This document shows, one piece after another, positions 19,366-30,147 of a stretch of 64,000 bases of DNA. The notes under the pieces are model-generated. The model worked only from the letters and a program-made list of their open reading frames with translations, made no database searches and was not told the origin of the DNA. This stretch comes from Nitrospirota bacterium (lineage in GTDB: Bacteria; Nitrospirota; UBA9217), in contig CAWJQQ010000009.1 of assembly GCA_963845065.1 (NCBI GenBank), positions 256,001 to 320,000 of the forward strand. Direction: 5' to 3'. The number at the start of each line of letters is the position of its first letter. Position 1 is the stretch's first letter. The position numbers and the translations under genes were made by a program.

Positions 19366-20296
19366 TCATTTTTCCGATTGAGGCCTTTCCGTGCAGCTTC
19401 CCTCTGCCTGTCGCTTTAAAATATATCATAAAAAGCAATGTTGTCCCTTTAGCACTCAAAAAAAAAATACCAATATAATGATATCGCGAAGGGGAAAGAT
19501 GTCAAGGCAAGGGGTAAATATCGCTTAGAAGCGACAGGGTTGGCAGTTCCAAGATAACGGATATCGTCAAGAATGCAAATTTGAGACGCAACTGGATTTG
19601 AGTCGATTTTTTTTCAAGTTGCATAGAAAAGAAACAACAACCGCATTAAGATGAATTATTGAACAATGGTCACATCAACCGTGAAGGAATATTAGTGGCT
19701 AAGATTTTTCTGGTATTTCCTTCTGCATCAACTAACTGAATGTTTGCCAAGACGAACAGCGTCCCCCGAGCCGGTTTAGATCTCCATTTGCGATGATAGA
19801 AAATCGGTGTGTGGGCGTTAAGCCCCTTGCCAGATGAAGGAAGTCACAATGTTTCGGTTGCGGAACGAATATCCACGACACGGCCGGCGTGATACAGTAT
19901 GATTTGTCGTAGAATAATTATTGATATAAAAAAAATTATGATGAACCCAAAGGGCTTTGCCTTAGATCAACTTTCCAAGGTATCATTAGGAACGACGGCT
20001 CAAGAGATTTTTAAAAAGGCTTGTGCAGAAAAAATATACCAAGAGAGCGAGATAGTTCCGCAAAAAAGACACGTGTGCAGCAAAAACTTAAGAATCTCAT
20101 GATAATTATTCATCACCGCATTATCTGACCTCTGATTCTTCTCCGGAGGAATAAATGATATCACTCCATTTTCTTAACATAAAAGTTAGGCTGACGGACA
20201 TTATTTGCTATCGCGGTATAAAGTATTACTGCATTAAACCTTTTTTAATTTCCGGTGACTAATAATTGGATATAATAAGAAGTGGAGGAATTGAAG

Positions 20297-20632
20297 ATGA
20301 AAAGATACATTTTTATTTCCATGGCTGTCATTGTCCTCCTCCTTGTTGGCATCTTGCCGGGTTATGCATATGGGGGTGTGAGGGTAGGCGTAGGCATCGG
20401 GATACCTATATGGCCCTGGTGGGGACCGCCATACTATCCTTATTATTACTCGCAGCCGCCCGTTGTTATCCAGCAGCAAGCTCCAGTATATGAACAACAG
20501 GCGCCAGTAGAGCAACAACAGAATTACTGGTATTTCTGCCCCGATTCAAAGGCCTATTACCCATATGTGAAACAATGTCCCAGTGGCTGGATGAAGGTTG
20601 TTCCAACGCCGGGTCCGCCAGGGGAGAAGTGA
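20297..20632 (+). CDS. Secreted Pro/Tyr-rich protein
   Basis: Signal peptide; YWYFCPDSKAYYPYVKQCPSGWMKV motif; GGAGG RBS. Confidence 0.8.
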   Translation: MKRYIFISMAVIVLLLVGILPGYAYGGVRVGVGIGIPIWPWWGPPYYPYYYSQPPVVIQQQAPVYEQQAPVEQQQNYWYFCPDSKAYYPYVKQCPSGWMKVVPTPGPPGEK

Positions 20633-20862
20633 CAACGCACATAATGTCGTTCACTCAAAATACGATCACGACTTCTTAACGGGTATATTTTTAAGGAGAA
20701 TAGAGAGTCGTACCTTTTATCTTTTCCAAGCGACATTGGTACAGCTTAAAAAAGAATACTACTAAGTATTATGCAGCATCAGATGTTTGAGCGTGAACGG
20801 TGTCTTGAAAAGCTAATTAGTGAGTGGGGTCCTCAACATTGTCAAGTAAGGAGTTAAAGCAT

Positions 20863-21705
20863 ATGATGACATTCAAACGAAGTATTTTGATATCTTTTGT
20901 TCTTCTTGTTGTGGGTGGGTGTGCTACTATGCCAACGGGTCCCAGTGTAGAGGTTCTGCCGGCTCCGGGCAAGCCATTTGATGTGTTCCAGGGAGAGGAC
21001 AATACGTGCAGGCAGTGGGCAAAGCAGTCAATCGGGACTTCTCCTCAGCAGGTGGCTAATCAAAACACGGCTGCAGGGGCCGTGGTAGGCACCGCTGTAG
21101 GAGCAGGCCTTGGAGCAGCCATTGGGTCCACTTCGGGTCATGCAGGTGCTGGTGCTTTGATTGGCGGCGTAAGCGGGCTTCTAGTTGGAACATCAGCAGG
21201 TGCCCAATCAGGCCAGATGTCTGCCAGAGAGGCCCAACGCAGATATGACAATGCATATGTCCAGTGTATGTATTCCTACGGGAATCAGGTGCCTGGATAT
21301 CACCCTACTGTAGCATCAGCGCCTCCTCAACCTGGTGAAGTCGGACCTCCTCCGCCAGATCTGGATCTTGAAGAAGCGCCTCAGTTTGTCTATTCACCCG
21401 AACTCGGAATGTATGTTGCAGGCGGAGTACCTTATGACATCGTTTATACGGGGGCTGGTTACTTCTATTTTTACGGTGGGCGCTGGTATCGAGGGCCACA
21501 TTATTACGGCCCGTGGTTTCTTGCAACGGGGCCAGATTTCCCACCTGCTCTATTGAGGTTCCGGATTGACCAGATCCGACATTACCGTAACGAAGAGTTC
21601 AGACGATACGAGTACGATAGAGCGCACTATGATAGACGACGAATGTACCGTCCAGAAAATCGCGGTCCAAGAAGGGAAAGGGAGCACAGAGAAGAACATA
21701 GGTAG
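20863..21705 (+). CDS. Glycine-zipper lipoprotein
   Basis: Lipobox VGGC, GAVVGTAVGAGLGAAIG zipper, YDNAYVQCM; AAGGAG RBS. Confidence 0.82.
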   Translation: MMTFKRSILISFVLLVVGGCATMPTGPSVEVLPAPGKPFDVFQGEDNTCRQWAKQSIGTSPQQVANQNTAAGAVVGTAVGAGLGAAIGSTSGHAGAGALIGGVSGLLVGTSAGAQSGQMSAREAQRRYDNAYVQCMYSYGNQVPGYHPTVASAPPQPGEVGPPPPDLDLEEAPQFVYSPELGMYVAGGVPYDIVYTGAGYFYFYGGRWYRGPHYYGPWFLATGPDFPPALLRFRIDQIRHYRNEEFRRYEYDRAHYDRRRMYRPENRGPRREREHREEHR

Positions 21706-21925
21706 AAGCATAAGTTAAGAAGTCAGTGATGCGGACGGATAGCGGCTATCGGACAAACACTTCAGTGAAACGAGCAGTTGCAGACGCTAACTCATCCCCG
21801 GTTTCGGTTTTGGTAGAGTATTCTTTCACAGGCCGTATACTCTGTCTTCGGCCGATATCGTAGCTGTGGGAAAAGCTGCTCCCGCATTTGTTGATTGGAG
21901 AAGCAGCCTCGATGCGGCCTGTCGA

Positions 21926-21961
21926 AAGAGCGGCATATACCCGTTAGGTAATGCCGCTCTT
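21926..21961. terminator. Hairpin between convergent genes
   Basis: AAGAGCGGCAT...ATGCCGCTCTT. Confidence 0.55.
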
Positions 21962-22090
21962 GCTGTTTTCGAGGATGAAGCGGAGTGCAATTTTTATTAT
22001 ACAGTAATTTCAGGATGATTCCGCGGCCGGGGTGGACGTATCGTCTACCTTCCGGCCGTGGAATCACGTGTAAGGCCTTTCGCTATTTGT

Positions 22091-23566
22091 TTATGGTTGA
22101 ATTGTTATGTAGGCCGACCCCCCATCCCTATATATGAGCAGGAGAACGGTGTCCTTCTCCCCGACCTTCGAAATCGCGTTGTTGTAATCCTGTAAATTTT
22201 GAATAGCGGTACGGTTCACTTCCTGAATAACATCATTTGGCCGGAGCAACACCTGTCCTCCCATTTCCCCGCTTACATTTGTCACGACAACGCCATTCAC
22301 GTTGTCAGAAAGATTCAACTTATTCCGAAGGTCGGGGGTAAGCTCTTGCACTGATATACCCTTCAAGACGTTTTCATACTCTGATTTGATTATTTTATTT
22401 CCCTTATACTCACCGAGCTCCACGGTCACCGTCTGCTCTTTACCGTCCCTGATGACCGAGACATTGATTTTTGTGCCGGGCGCTATGGAGGCAATCAGGT
22501 TCCTCAGGCTCGTTGAATCGTTGATCTTTTTATCGTTTATTTCTATGATAAGGTCTCCCCGCTTCATGCCGGCTTTGTCAGCCGGACTACCTTGTTCAAC
22601 GCTTGCGACTAATGCGCCGGCGGTTTCTTTGATGCCGAAAGACTTTGCAAGGTCGGACGTGAGATCCTGAATGCTTACGCCTAACCAGCCCCGAATGACC
22701 TTGCCGTGCTTGATGATGCTGTCCATGACGGATTTTGCCATATTAGATGGAATAGCGAAGCCGATGCCCATGTAACCGCCGCTCGTTGAAAAAATGGCGG
22801 TATTGATACCGACAAGCTCACCGCTAGCATTGACCAGAGCGCCGCCTGAATTTCCAGGATTGATCGCGGCATCGGTCTGGATAAAATCTTCATAGTCGGC
22901 AAGTCCGATATTCGAACGACCCACTGCGCTCACGATGCCCATGGTAATTGTCTGGTTTAGGCCAAATGGATTGCCGACGGCAAGTACGAGGTCGCCCGTT
23001 TTCAGTTTATCTGAATCACCGAGCCGCAGTGTTGGCAAACCTCGGGCATCGATTTTAACAACGGCAAGGTCTGTACGCGGATCCGTGCCGACAACCGTGC
23101 CTTTGAATTCACGCTTGTCGTAGAGGGTGACTTTGATCTCATCCGCGCCTTTTACTACGTGATTATTCGTCAGGATATAGCCATTATCGGCGACAATGAC
23201 GCCCGAACCCAATGCCGATTTTTTGAGTTCCCGATTCTGCCCAGGAAAGTTGAACCGATCACCGAAAAAACGACGGAAAAAAGGGTCATTGAACGTGTTT
23301 CCGAAAGGATTGTCTTTCATGGTGACCGTTGACGTCGTCGATATGTTTACTACCGCTGGCCGCGCCACGTCTGCGACCTCAGCAAATGCTTGACTTAATT
23401 TGCTGAGCAGATCTATGGATTCTTTTGAAACGTCCTTGGTTTTGGCAGTAGCGTTAGTAGTTATATGTGCACCGGCCATCATCATGATAGCTGCCACTAC
23501 CGTAATTGCCATGAGCAGTGCAATAGTCCTCCTGAATTTCGATTGTTCATTCCAGATGTTTCTCAT
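22091..23566 (-). CDS. degP: Do/DegP-family serine endoprotease with two PDZ domains
   Basis: TNNHVV, DLAVVK, DAAINPGNSGG catalytic triad motifs; two PDZ domains. Confidence 0.93.
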   Translation of the reverse strand: MRNIWNEQSKFRRTIALLMAITVVAAIMMMAGAHITTNATAKTKDVSKESIDLLSKLSQAFAEVADVARPAVVNISTTSTVTMKDNPFGNTFNDPFFRRFFGDRFNFPGQNRELKKSALGSGVIVADNGYILTNNHVVKGADEIKVTLYDKREFKGTVVGTDPRTDLAVVKIDARGLPTLRLGDSDKLKTGDLVLAVGNPFGLNQTITMGIVSAVGRSNIGLADYEDFIQTDAAINPGNSGGALVNASGELVGINTAIFSTSGGYMGIGFAIPSNMAKSVMDSIIKHGKVIRGWLGVSIQDLTSDLAKSFGIKETAGALVASVEQGSPADKAGMKRGDLIIEINDKKINDSTSLRNLIASIAPGTKINVSVIRDGKEQTVTVELGEYKGNKIIKSEYENVLKGISVQELTPDLRNKLNLSDNVNGVVVTNVSGEMGGQVLLRPNDVIQEVNRTAIQNLQDYNNAISKVGEKDTVLLLIYRDGGSAYITIQP

Positions 23567-23601
23567 ATTGTTCTCCTTTATGCAATCAATCTTTGTTTTA
23601 C

Positions 23602-25262
23602 CAAACTATCCGCAGAAAGCCCCTGGTTTTAACCATGGGGATGAATGCGGGAACTTTGTTTTCCGGCAATTAGTAGACAAATGTACATCTATGTGGTATA
23701 TTCAAACAACCAATGCCGAATAAACCTAAAACCCCATCTTGTATCCACGAGTTTCAACTCGTAGTGACTCCAAAGGACAATCGAATGCTCGATGCCCGGC
23801 TCGAAGCTGGCCGTTATCTGTACAATGCCTGCCTTGGTGAAGCGATGAAGCGTCTTACTGCCATGCGGCGATCAGAAAAATGGCTCGTGGCGATCACGAA
23901 GAAGAAAAGCAAGCTTCGCACCAAGATGTTTAAGACAGCCAGAACCCAGGCTGAATATACTGAATACCACCTTCATAACTACGTCGGTATCCTCCGCAAT
24001 TCCTGCTGGATCAGTGAGCATATTGACAGCCTGACCGCCCAGAAGATAGCATCTCGAGCATATAGCGCCGTCGCTGACTACGAGTTTGGGAAGCATGGCA
24101 AACCACGTTTCAAACGCCATGTCTGGATGTCGTCCCTTGAAGGTAAAAACAACAAATCTGGTATTCGGTGGTGCGATGACCATGTGGAGTGGACTGGCCT
24201 TCGTCTCAACTGTGTCTTCGACAAGAAAGACAAGTTTGGTGTTCAGGCTCATGCACTTAGCCATGACATCAAGTACGTTCGTCTGGTCAAGAAAACTATC
24301 CGCGGCAATCCCCGCTGGTTTGCCCAACTTGTGCTTAAAGGCACGGCCAAGATCAAGCGTGAGAACCAGATTGGCACCGAAACCGTTGGCCTTGACATTG
24401 GCTCGACAGTTGCCATCGTTGGTGATACCGATGCGTTACTACTCGAATTTTGCCCTGAAGTCGAGATACCGTTTAAACGTATCAAGACCGTCCAGCGCAA
24501 AATGGCCAGAAGCCTTCGTGCTACCAACCCGGGCAACTACAACGGAGACAAAACCATCAAAACAGGTAAAAAACAGTGGGTCTTTTCTGTTCAATACCGT
24601 ATTCTTAAAGCTAAGCTCGCCGAACTTCAAAGGATCCTTGCTGAAACCAGAAAACGGTCTCATGGCAAGCTCGTGAACAAAGTCCTCACTCTCGGTACCG
24701 ACATCAAAACCGAGAAACTGTCGTACAAAGCATTTCAGAAACTCTATGGTAAAAGTATTTCGCGACGAGCTCCGGGGATGTTTATGTCGATGCTTCACCA
24801 CAAAGCCGAAAACGCTGGCGGTAAAGTAACCGAGTTTTCTACCCGGAGCACAAAGCTTTCCCAGACATGCCATTGCGGAACAGTAGCCAAAAAATCATTG
24901 TCCCAAAGATGGCATGCCTGCAACTGCGGGGTAAGCACCCAGCGTGATCTCTATTCCGCATTCCTTGCAAAGTATGTTTCTAACGATGTCCTCGACACGC
25001 GTCAGGCTGCCAAAGCCTGGCCGGGTGCAAACCTGCTCCTGGAACGGGCGGTGTTGGGGGTGCAGCATGAAGCGGCAAAGGGTCGAATTCATCCAACCAG
25101 CTTCGGTATCAAGCAAGAGAACACCACAAACCGGAGACAGAGCTGCTCGTCCGTTAAAGGCGGATCAACGACAGTCGAGGCCGACAACGTTCGTATTGTT
25201 GCCGGAGAGCCTGTCGGTACAGCCGCTAGAACCCCCTGGCTTTAGACATGGGGAGTGGTCAG
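23602..25262 (+). mobile_element. tnpB-only IS605-family element, copy 2
   Basis: TTAC at 23598-23601, same LE/RE hairpins, ends TCAG. Confidence 0.95.
23713..25245 (+). CDS. tnpB: TnpB (one-codon deletion just after RuvC-I: GLDIG-ST)
   Basis: Near-identical to 3165-4700; D/E/D catalytic residues retained. Confidence 0.92.
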   Translation: MPNKPKTPSCIHEFQLVVTPKDNRMLDARLEAGRYLYNACLGEAMKRLTAMRRSEKWLVAITKKKSKLRTKMFKTARTQAEYTEYHLHNYVGILRNSCWISEHIDSLTAQKIASRAYSAVADYEFGKHGKPRFKRHVWMSSLEGKNNKSGIRWCDDHVEWTGLRLNCVFDKKDKFGVQAHALSHDIKYVRLVKKTIRGNPRWFAQLVLKGTAKIKRENQIGTETVGLDIGSTVAIVGDTDALLLEFCPEVEIPFKRIKTVQRKMARSLRATNPGNYNGDKTIKTGKKQWVFSVQYRILKAKLAELQRILAETRKRSHGKLVNKVLTLGTDIKTEKLSYKAFQKLYGKSISRRAPGMFMSMLHHKAENAGGKVTEFSTRSTKLSQTCHCGTVAKKSLSQRWHACNCGVSTQRDLYSAFLAKYVSNDVLDTRQAAKAWPGANLLLERAVLGVQHEAAKGRIHPTSFGIKQENTTNRRQSCSSVKGGSTTVEADNVRIVAGEPVGTAARTPWL

Positions 25263-25296
25263 GTTTGTAGTGGGTCACCCCAAGCTTTTTTATGAT

Positions 25297-26782
25297 TTAT
25301 ACCGTTTTTCGCACCGGCATGGTGAAATAAAATGATGACCCTTCGTCCGGCCTCGATTCGATCCATATGCGGCCCCCGTGACGTTCCACGATCTTTTTGC
25401 AAAGGGCAAGGCCCAAACCGGTACCGGGATAGTCCTCACTGGTGTGCAACCGTTGGAAGATGACGAATATACGTTCATAAAAGCGGGGCTCTATGCCAAT
25501 GCCGTTGTCATGCACACCGAAGACCCATTCATCCTGTTTCCGCTCGGCGGAGATACGAATGCTCAAAGGTGCATCCTTTTTCCTGAACTTGATCGCGTTT
25601 CCGATAAGGTTCTGAAAAAGCTGAATGAGCTGAGTATCGTCGCCTTCCACGTAAGGCAATTCGTCGCTATTGATCGTAGCTTTATTTTCATCGACAATCT
25701 CTTTAAGGTTGTCGATGGCGCCATTGAGCAGTATACTCATATTAAACGTTGAGAATTGTTTCTCCTTTGTCCCGATACGTGAGTAGACGTACAGGTCGTG
25801 AACCAGCACACTCATGCGTTTCGTTCCGTTTACTGCGCGTTCAATGAACATGTGGGCTTTTTCATCAAGTTCCTCGTTGTAATTTCGTGCAAGGAGATCC
25901 AGAAAGCCTGACACTGTCCGTAATGGTGATTGGAGATCGTGTGAGGCGACAGAGGCAAACTGATCAAGCTCTTTGTTGGAACGGGCAAGGTCTTTCATAG
26001 ATTTCTTCAGGTCTTCCTCCGCCTGCTCACGCATGGCGATTTCTGTCTTGAGGCGAGAGTTCGTTTCTGCAATATCGCGGGTGCGCCTCTGTACAAGATC
26101 CTCCAGGCCCTCCTGGTGCCTGCAGAGTTCTCCTTCGACCTTTATGCGCATGCTGATTTCGCCTTTGAGGAAAAAAAACGCCGTAAGTAACAGGGCGATA
26201 CTCAGGGCTCCGCCAGCAAGGACCGCCCCAATCAGGCGCCGGGCAGCGGTCCTCCGTGCTGCAAACCGCTCATATAACAACCTCGTCTCTTCATCGCGTT
26301 GCTGTGGCCACCTTCCCACGGATTTGTTCCATAAGCTTCTCGCCGATACCACTATCCACAATCCGTGAGGCGAACCGGAAGCCTTTTGCTCTGCGTATCT
26401 CGATGGTCTCTTTGAGCGCGGCTATTTTTTCCCTCACGACAGACTCGATGTCGTCAAGCCGCTTCTGCTGCTCCGGGTTGTTCCTGGTCATGTCGTGCAA
26501 AGCCGACAGCCTCTGTTCAATGCCTCCTGTTTCCTTATAGTAGGGTTCCAGATACTTTATTTTCCCGGTGATGATATAGCCACGCTGTCCGGTTTCGGCG
26601 TCCTTCAAAGCAGAAAAGACATTATTCAGTTTATTGAGGACGCTATATGTATAATCCACTTCTTGAATGGATCTCTCTGTTGCCACTATGTCCCGGAAAG
26701 TCAGCCATCCGAGCAGCACCAGAATGGCCACGCCGAGGGCGAACCCCGCGTCCATGATAATGGTCGTTCTTACTTTACTCAT
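25297..26782 (-). pseudogene. Frameshifted CHASE3 sensor histidine kinase
   Basis: CHASE3 (DAETGQRGY) in 26291-26782 and HisKA/HATPase (ASHDLQSPL, GTGLGLA) in 25297-26361 are in different frames; shift near 26300. Confidence 0.82.
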
Positions 26783-26833
26783 ATTTCACCTGCCCTCTGT
26801 GAAGATCTCCCTGTCTCATGATTCAAACCATTT

Positions 26834-27223
26834 TCACAAGAAGGACATCACGTCCGAGATCCCGCAGAGCCGCGATAGTTCCTTGAGCCGCGCGTTTCTG
26901 CTGTCGCTGCCAAGGCCGCGGACATAAGCCACGAAATTGAGGAAATCGTAGACGAGCATGTCCGGGTAGAGAGGCGCCGACTCAGGAAGATAGCCGAATA
27001 GTTTTTTGATTTCCAGTGGACGTTCGCGAACGCTCATGCCCTTCACGAAGATGTCGCCGGAAGTGGGCATCAGGTAGCACGTCAGCATTCTGAGGGTGGT
27101 CGTCTTTCCAGCCCCGTTTGGGCCCAGGAGGCCGAGAACTTCTCCCTTCCTTATCTCAAGGCTGATATGATCAACGGCGCATGCATCGCTATAACGCTTG
27201 GTAAGATTGTCTATATGTATCAT
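26834..27223 (-). pseudogene. Truncated ABC transporter ATP-binding subunit (GldA-like N-terminus)
   Basis: Walker A GPNGAGKTT and GYLPESAPLY; ends before the signature and Walker B motifs. Confidence 0.8.
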
Positions 27224-27429
27224 ACGTCTCCTTTAATAATATAAGTTCCAGTCATCCGTTCACGGCACGTATGGTCTTTGCCGAAACCGAGCGTGGTACG
27301 TCATATACGCAGGGCATCAGACAGCCGAATGTCGTGGCAGATCCTAAGCATGCCTGTATGCTTATTCCTAGACGCGACTTCGAATGGCAGAAGGAAAAGA
27401 GATTTGGATGTTGCAAACAGGGGAAACGA

Positions 27430-27693
27430 CTATGCGGGGGGAGCGCGGGTTCCAGTCGGAGAAAAGACGTTCTGCAGTAGTTGATAGATGATATTGAGAG
27501 AGAGAGTGACGCCTGTCCAGCCCCGGTGGTGGTCAAAATCCGAGAAGGTGCCGTTTACCGTAAAAAGCAGGCCATGAACGTCGTTGAGCGAGGTTGTTTG
27601 CCGCAGAGCTTCATCATCAGGCGGATAATACGCGGGTACAAACGTAAGGACAACGATAAGAGCGATGAGGATGAGTGCAAGACGCTTTTGCAT
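27430..27693 (-). CDS. Putative RAPP-type ribosome-arrest leader peptide
   Basis: N-terminal hydrophobic segment (LALILIALIVVLTFV) and C-terminal TRAPPA-stop, upstream of the ABC gene. Confidence 0.6.
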   Translation of the reverse strand: MQKRLALILIALIVVLTFVPAYYPPDDEALRQTTSLNDVHGLLFTVNGTFSDFDHHRGWTGVTLSLNIIYQLLQNVFSPTGTRAPPA

Positions 27694-27774
27694 AAGTAAC
27701 ACCGAAACGTTAAAAAATATTACTCGACAGGAGCATTAAAGTCAAGAGCGATTTTTCTGCAATGCTCAGTGGGC

Positions 27775-27821
27775 TTGACATCCTCCCCGGCCTCACGGCT
27801 GGGGTCTTACGGCGCATTGAG
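27775..27821 (-). mobile_element. 47-bp IS605-type solo-hairpin remnant (LE fused to RE tail)
   Basis: Minus strand TTAT|CTCAATGCGCCGT-AAGA-CCCCAGCCGTGAGGCCGGGG-AGGATG-TCAA. Confidence 0.7.
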
Positions 27822-28137
27822 ATAAAAGTTGCCTGAAGGATCCGACATGCTTCTAGAACGATTTTTTTAGCTCCAATACCCGAGTTATAGAAAACCTTTG
27901 TGCTGGCCGACGGCCCTGCGATATAAGGATTCGAAGATAGTAAGCCCGGAACCATCCTGTAAGGTGTATGCTACGCTCCAAATCTTACAGAAATCTTTTG
28001 GTCAGATAGGGGACCGGACTTAAAAGAGGACGTAATATTCGTCTCTACGTCGTTAGGATATCCCGATCCCATCACATAGGTAGCCGTGGATATACTCTAA
28101 GTCATGTGATTAAGTCAACCGTACCTTGTCCTACTAA

Positions 28138-28602
28138 TTAATCCCCAACTATCTTCCGGCTTCGATAAACATCGTAATCCGGGACAAGGCGGTCATAATC
28201 GCCATCCATCAATGGGGAGGAAATCATGAAATCGGCGGAGGCGCGATTGCAGGCTATCGGGATATTCCAAACTACAGCCATGCGCAAGAGCGCTTTAACA
28301 TCTGGATCGTGGGGCTGCGGCTCGAGCGGATCCCAGAAAAAGATGAGAAAATCGATCTCGCCGTCGGCTATCTTAGCGCCGATTTGCTGATCCCCGCCCA
28401 AAGGCCCGCTCTGGAGTTTGTTAATCTTAAAGCCAAGCTCTTGTTCCAAAATCTCGCCGGTTGTCCCCGTTGCATATATCTTGTGATGACCCAGGAGCAC
28501 TTGATTGTATTTTGCCCATTCCACCAAATCACGCTTTTTATTGTCGTGCGCGACGAGGGCAACCTTTTTATCATGTTCCATAGCTATTTTCTTGTGATCC
28601 AT
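28138..28602 (-). CDS. mgsA: Methylglyoxal synthase
   Basis: [35 protein letters not shown]. Confidence 0.97.
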   Translation of the reverse strand: MDHKKIAMEHDKKVALVAHDNKKRDLVEWAKYNQVLLGHHKIYATGTTGEILEQELGFKINKLQSGPLGGDQQIGAKIADGEIDFLIFFWDPLEPQPHDPDVKALLRMAVVWNIPIACNRASADFMISSPLMDGDYDRLVPDYDVYRSRKIVGD

Positions 28603-28769
28603 CTAAATTCCACTCCTTCCCATGCAGTAGAAATTTATTTTCAATATGGCTAACGATATATTACTAGATAGTTTTTTGGCAGTATGTCAGATGTACGCTC
28701 CTCTTTATCATCATTGAGGTCAGTAAGGGAAGTGCGAGTCAAATTTTAAAGCTGAGCAACTGCATTATT

Positions 28770-29444
28770 TTATCGACAAGACAAACCTGCCAGATACGAG
28801 CCATCCTGATTCCTACTCACCCACTGTACCGATGCGGTGCGGCATGCAATATAAGGGTGCGTCGTATCGATGTCTATTGTCTGGTCTGCCATGAGAGGGA
28901 CTGCAAGCTTGATGCAGAGACCGCCGTCGCTGATATTAATGGTCATACCATTCAGGAGTTCGTTGGTACGATTCACTACACACCGTACCTCGTAATGAGC
29001 TATATGTCGTGCGACTTTTCGCCTGGAACCTAACGGTTCCGACAGATCCACCCTTTTTTCACACTCGTCCAGCCAGGATGAAAGATGTGAGAATTCAATC
29101 GGTTTTCGAAAGAATGAGTACCCCAGTTGTTTAATTTGCTTATAACTCTCCTGGTCAATGTGCCCCGACATCACTGCTTTATTCTCTCTCGTTAGTTTGC
29201 ATCCGTGCGTCGATTGCGCCTGAAGCAGCTCAAGGCCATTCATGCCGGGCATCCTGAAGTCCGTGATGACAACATCAGCACATGGGTAATCCGAGTTGCA
29301 GAGATTCCCTTTCTCATCACGTATCGGACAAACAACAGGCCTGGTATAAGAGAGCACCTCATAATTCCTTGTGGATAAAAATTCCTTTAACAAGTGCACA
29401 ATAATCACTTCGTCATCGATAACGACAGCTCTCCGTTTTCTCAT
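28770..29444 (-). CDS. Response regulator receiver fused to a PilZ domain
   Basis: VIDDE, ITDFRMPG, KP; PilZ RxxxR (RKVAR) and NISDGG. Confidence 0.85.
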   Translation of the reverse strand: MRKRRAVVIDDEVIIVHLLKEFLSTRNYEVLSYTRPVVCPIRDEKGNLCNSDYPCADVVITDFRMPGMNGLELLQAQSTHGCKLTRENKAVMSGHIDQESYKQIKQLGYSFFRKPIEFSHLSSWLDECEKRVDLSEPLGSRRKVARHIAHYEVRCVVNRTNELLNGMTINISDGGLCIKLAVPLMADQTIDIDTTHPYIACRTASVQWVSRNQDGSYLAGLSCR

Positions 29445-30147
29445 ATGGCCGCTCCTCTGTGCACATTGTTGACGGCAGGCGTACTCAAGTTAACATTGTA
29501 AGGTGTGTCGAAGAAACGGCCAGGTGGGCGCAGCGGAGACAGAGGCAGCGTCAGCACCTTCCCCCCCGAATCCTGTTTCTTGCTATTTTTGCCAATAGTG
29601 TGACTTGTACTCATTAAGGGGGGCTAATCGCAAGTATAGGACATTATACGTTCAAGTCAAGGCAAAACCTTGTTTTAACAGCGCCTGCTTTTTGTTATTC
29701 TCTTATATAGAGATGATCTGCAACTGCCGATACTGATTCGTTCTAACCTTGAACGCTTTTTCTGCATAATGATTTATTATCACTTATCAATATATAGTTC
29801 AAGTTAAGATTATGTTACTAACCCAGTTCTCTTGGAGTAAAAACATAAAGTTATGTTGCCAGGTAGCCGGTGTTGGAATCAACAATTCCTAGCCATAGAG
29901 AAATGCACACCGGCGAGGAAAGTCGCGAATGATTAAGTTATATATGCGAATTTGACTCGTAGATTGAGAAGACAGCTGTGAGCAGAGAACGATGGTGCTT
30001 TCATAGGGAAAAATAATCTTATGCCTCAAAAAGCAGCGGTTAAACGCCTTGAGAATGAATTGGATGACGTCGACATCATTCGGGATTCAAAACCGGAACT
30101 AGCCCCCCCTAGTAAAAACAGTATGGAAAGTAATTTATTATAATACT

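Noticed and set aside
29460..30120. Riboswitch (for example c-di-GMP) upstream of the REC-PilZ gene
   Set aside because: No recognisable aptamer consensus by eye; an Rfam scan would be needed.
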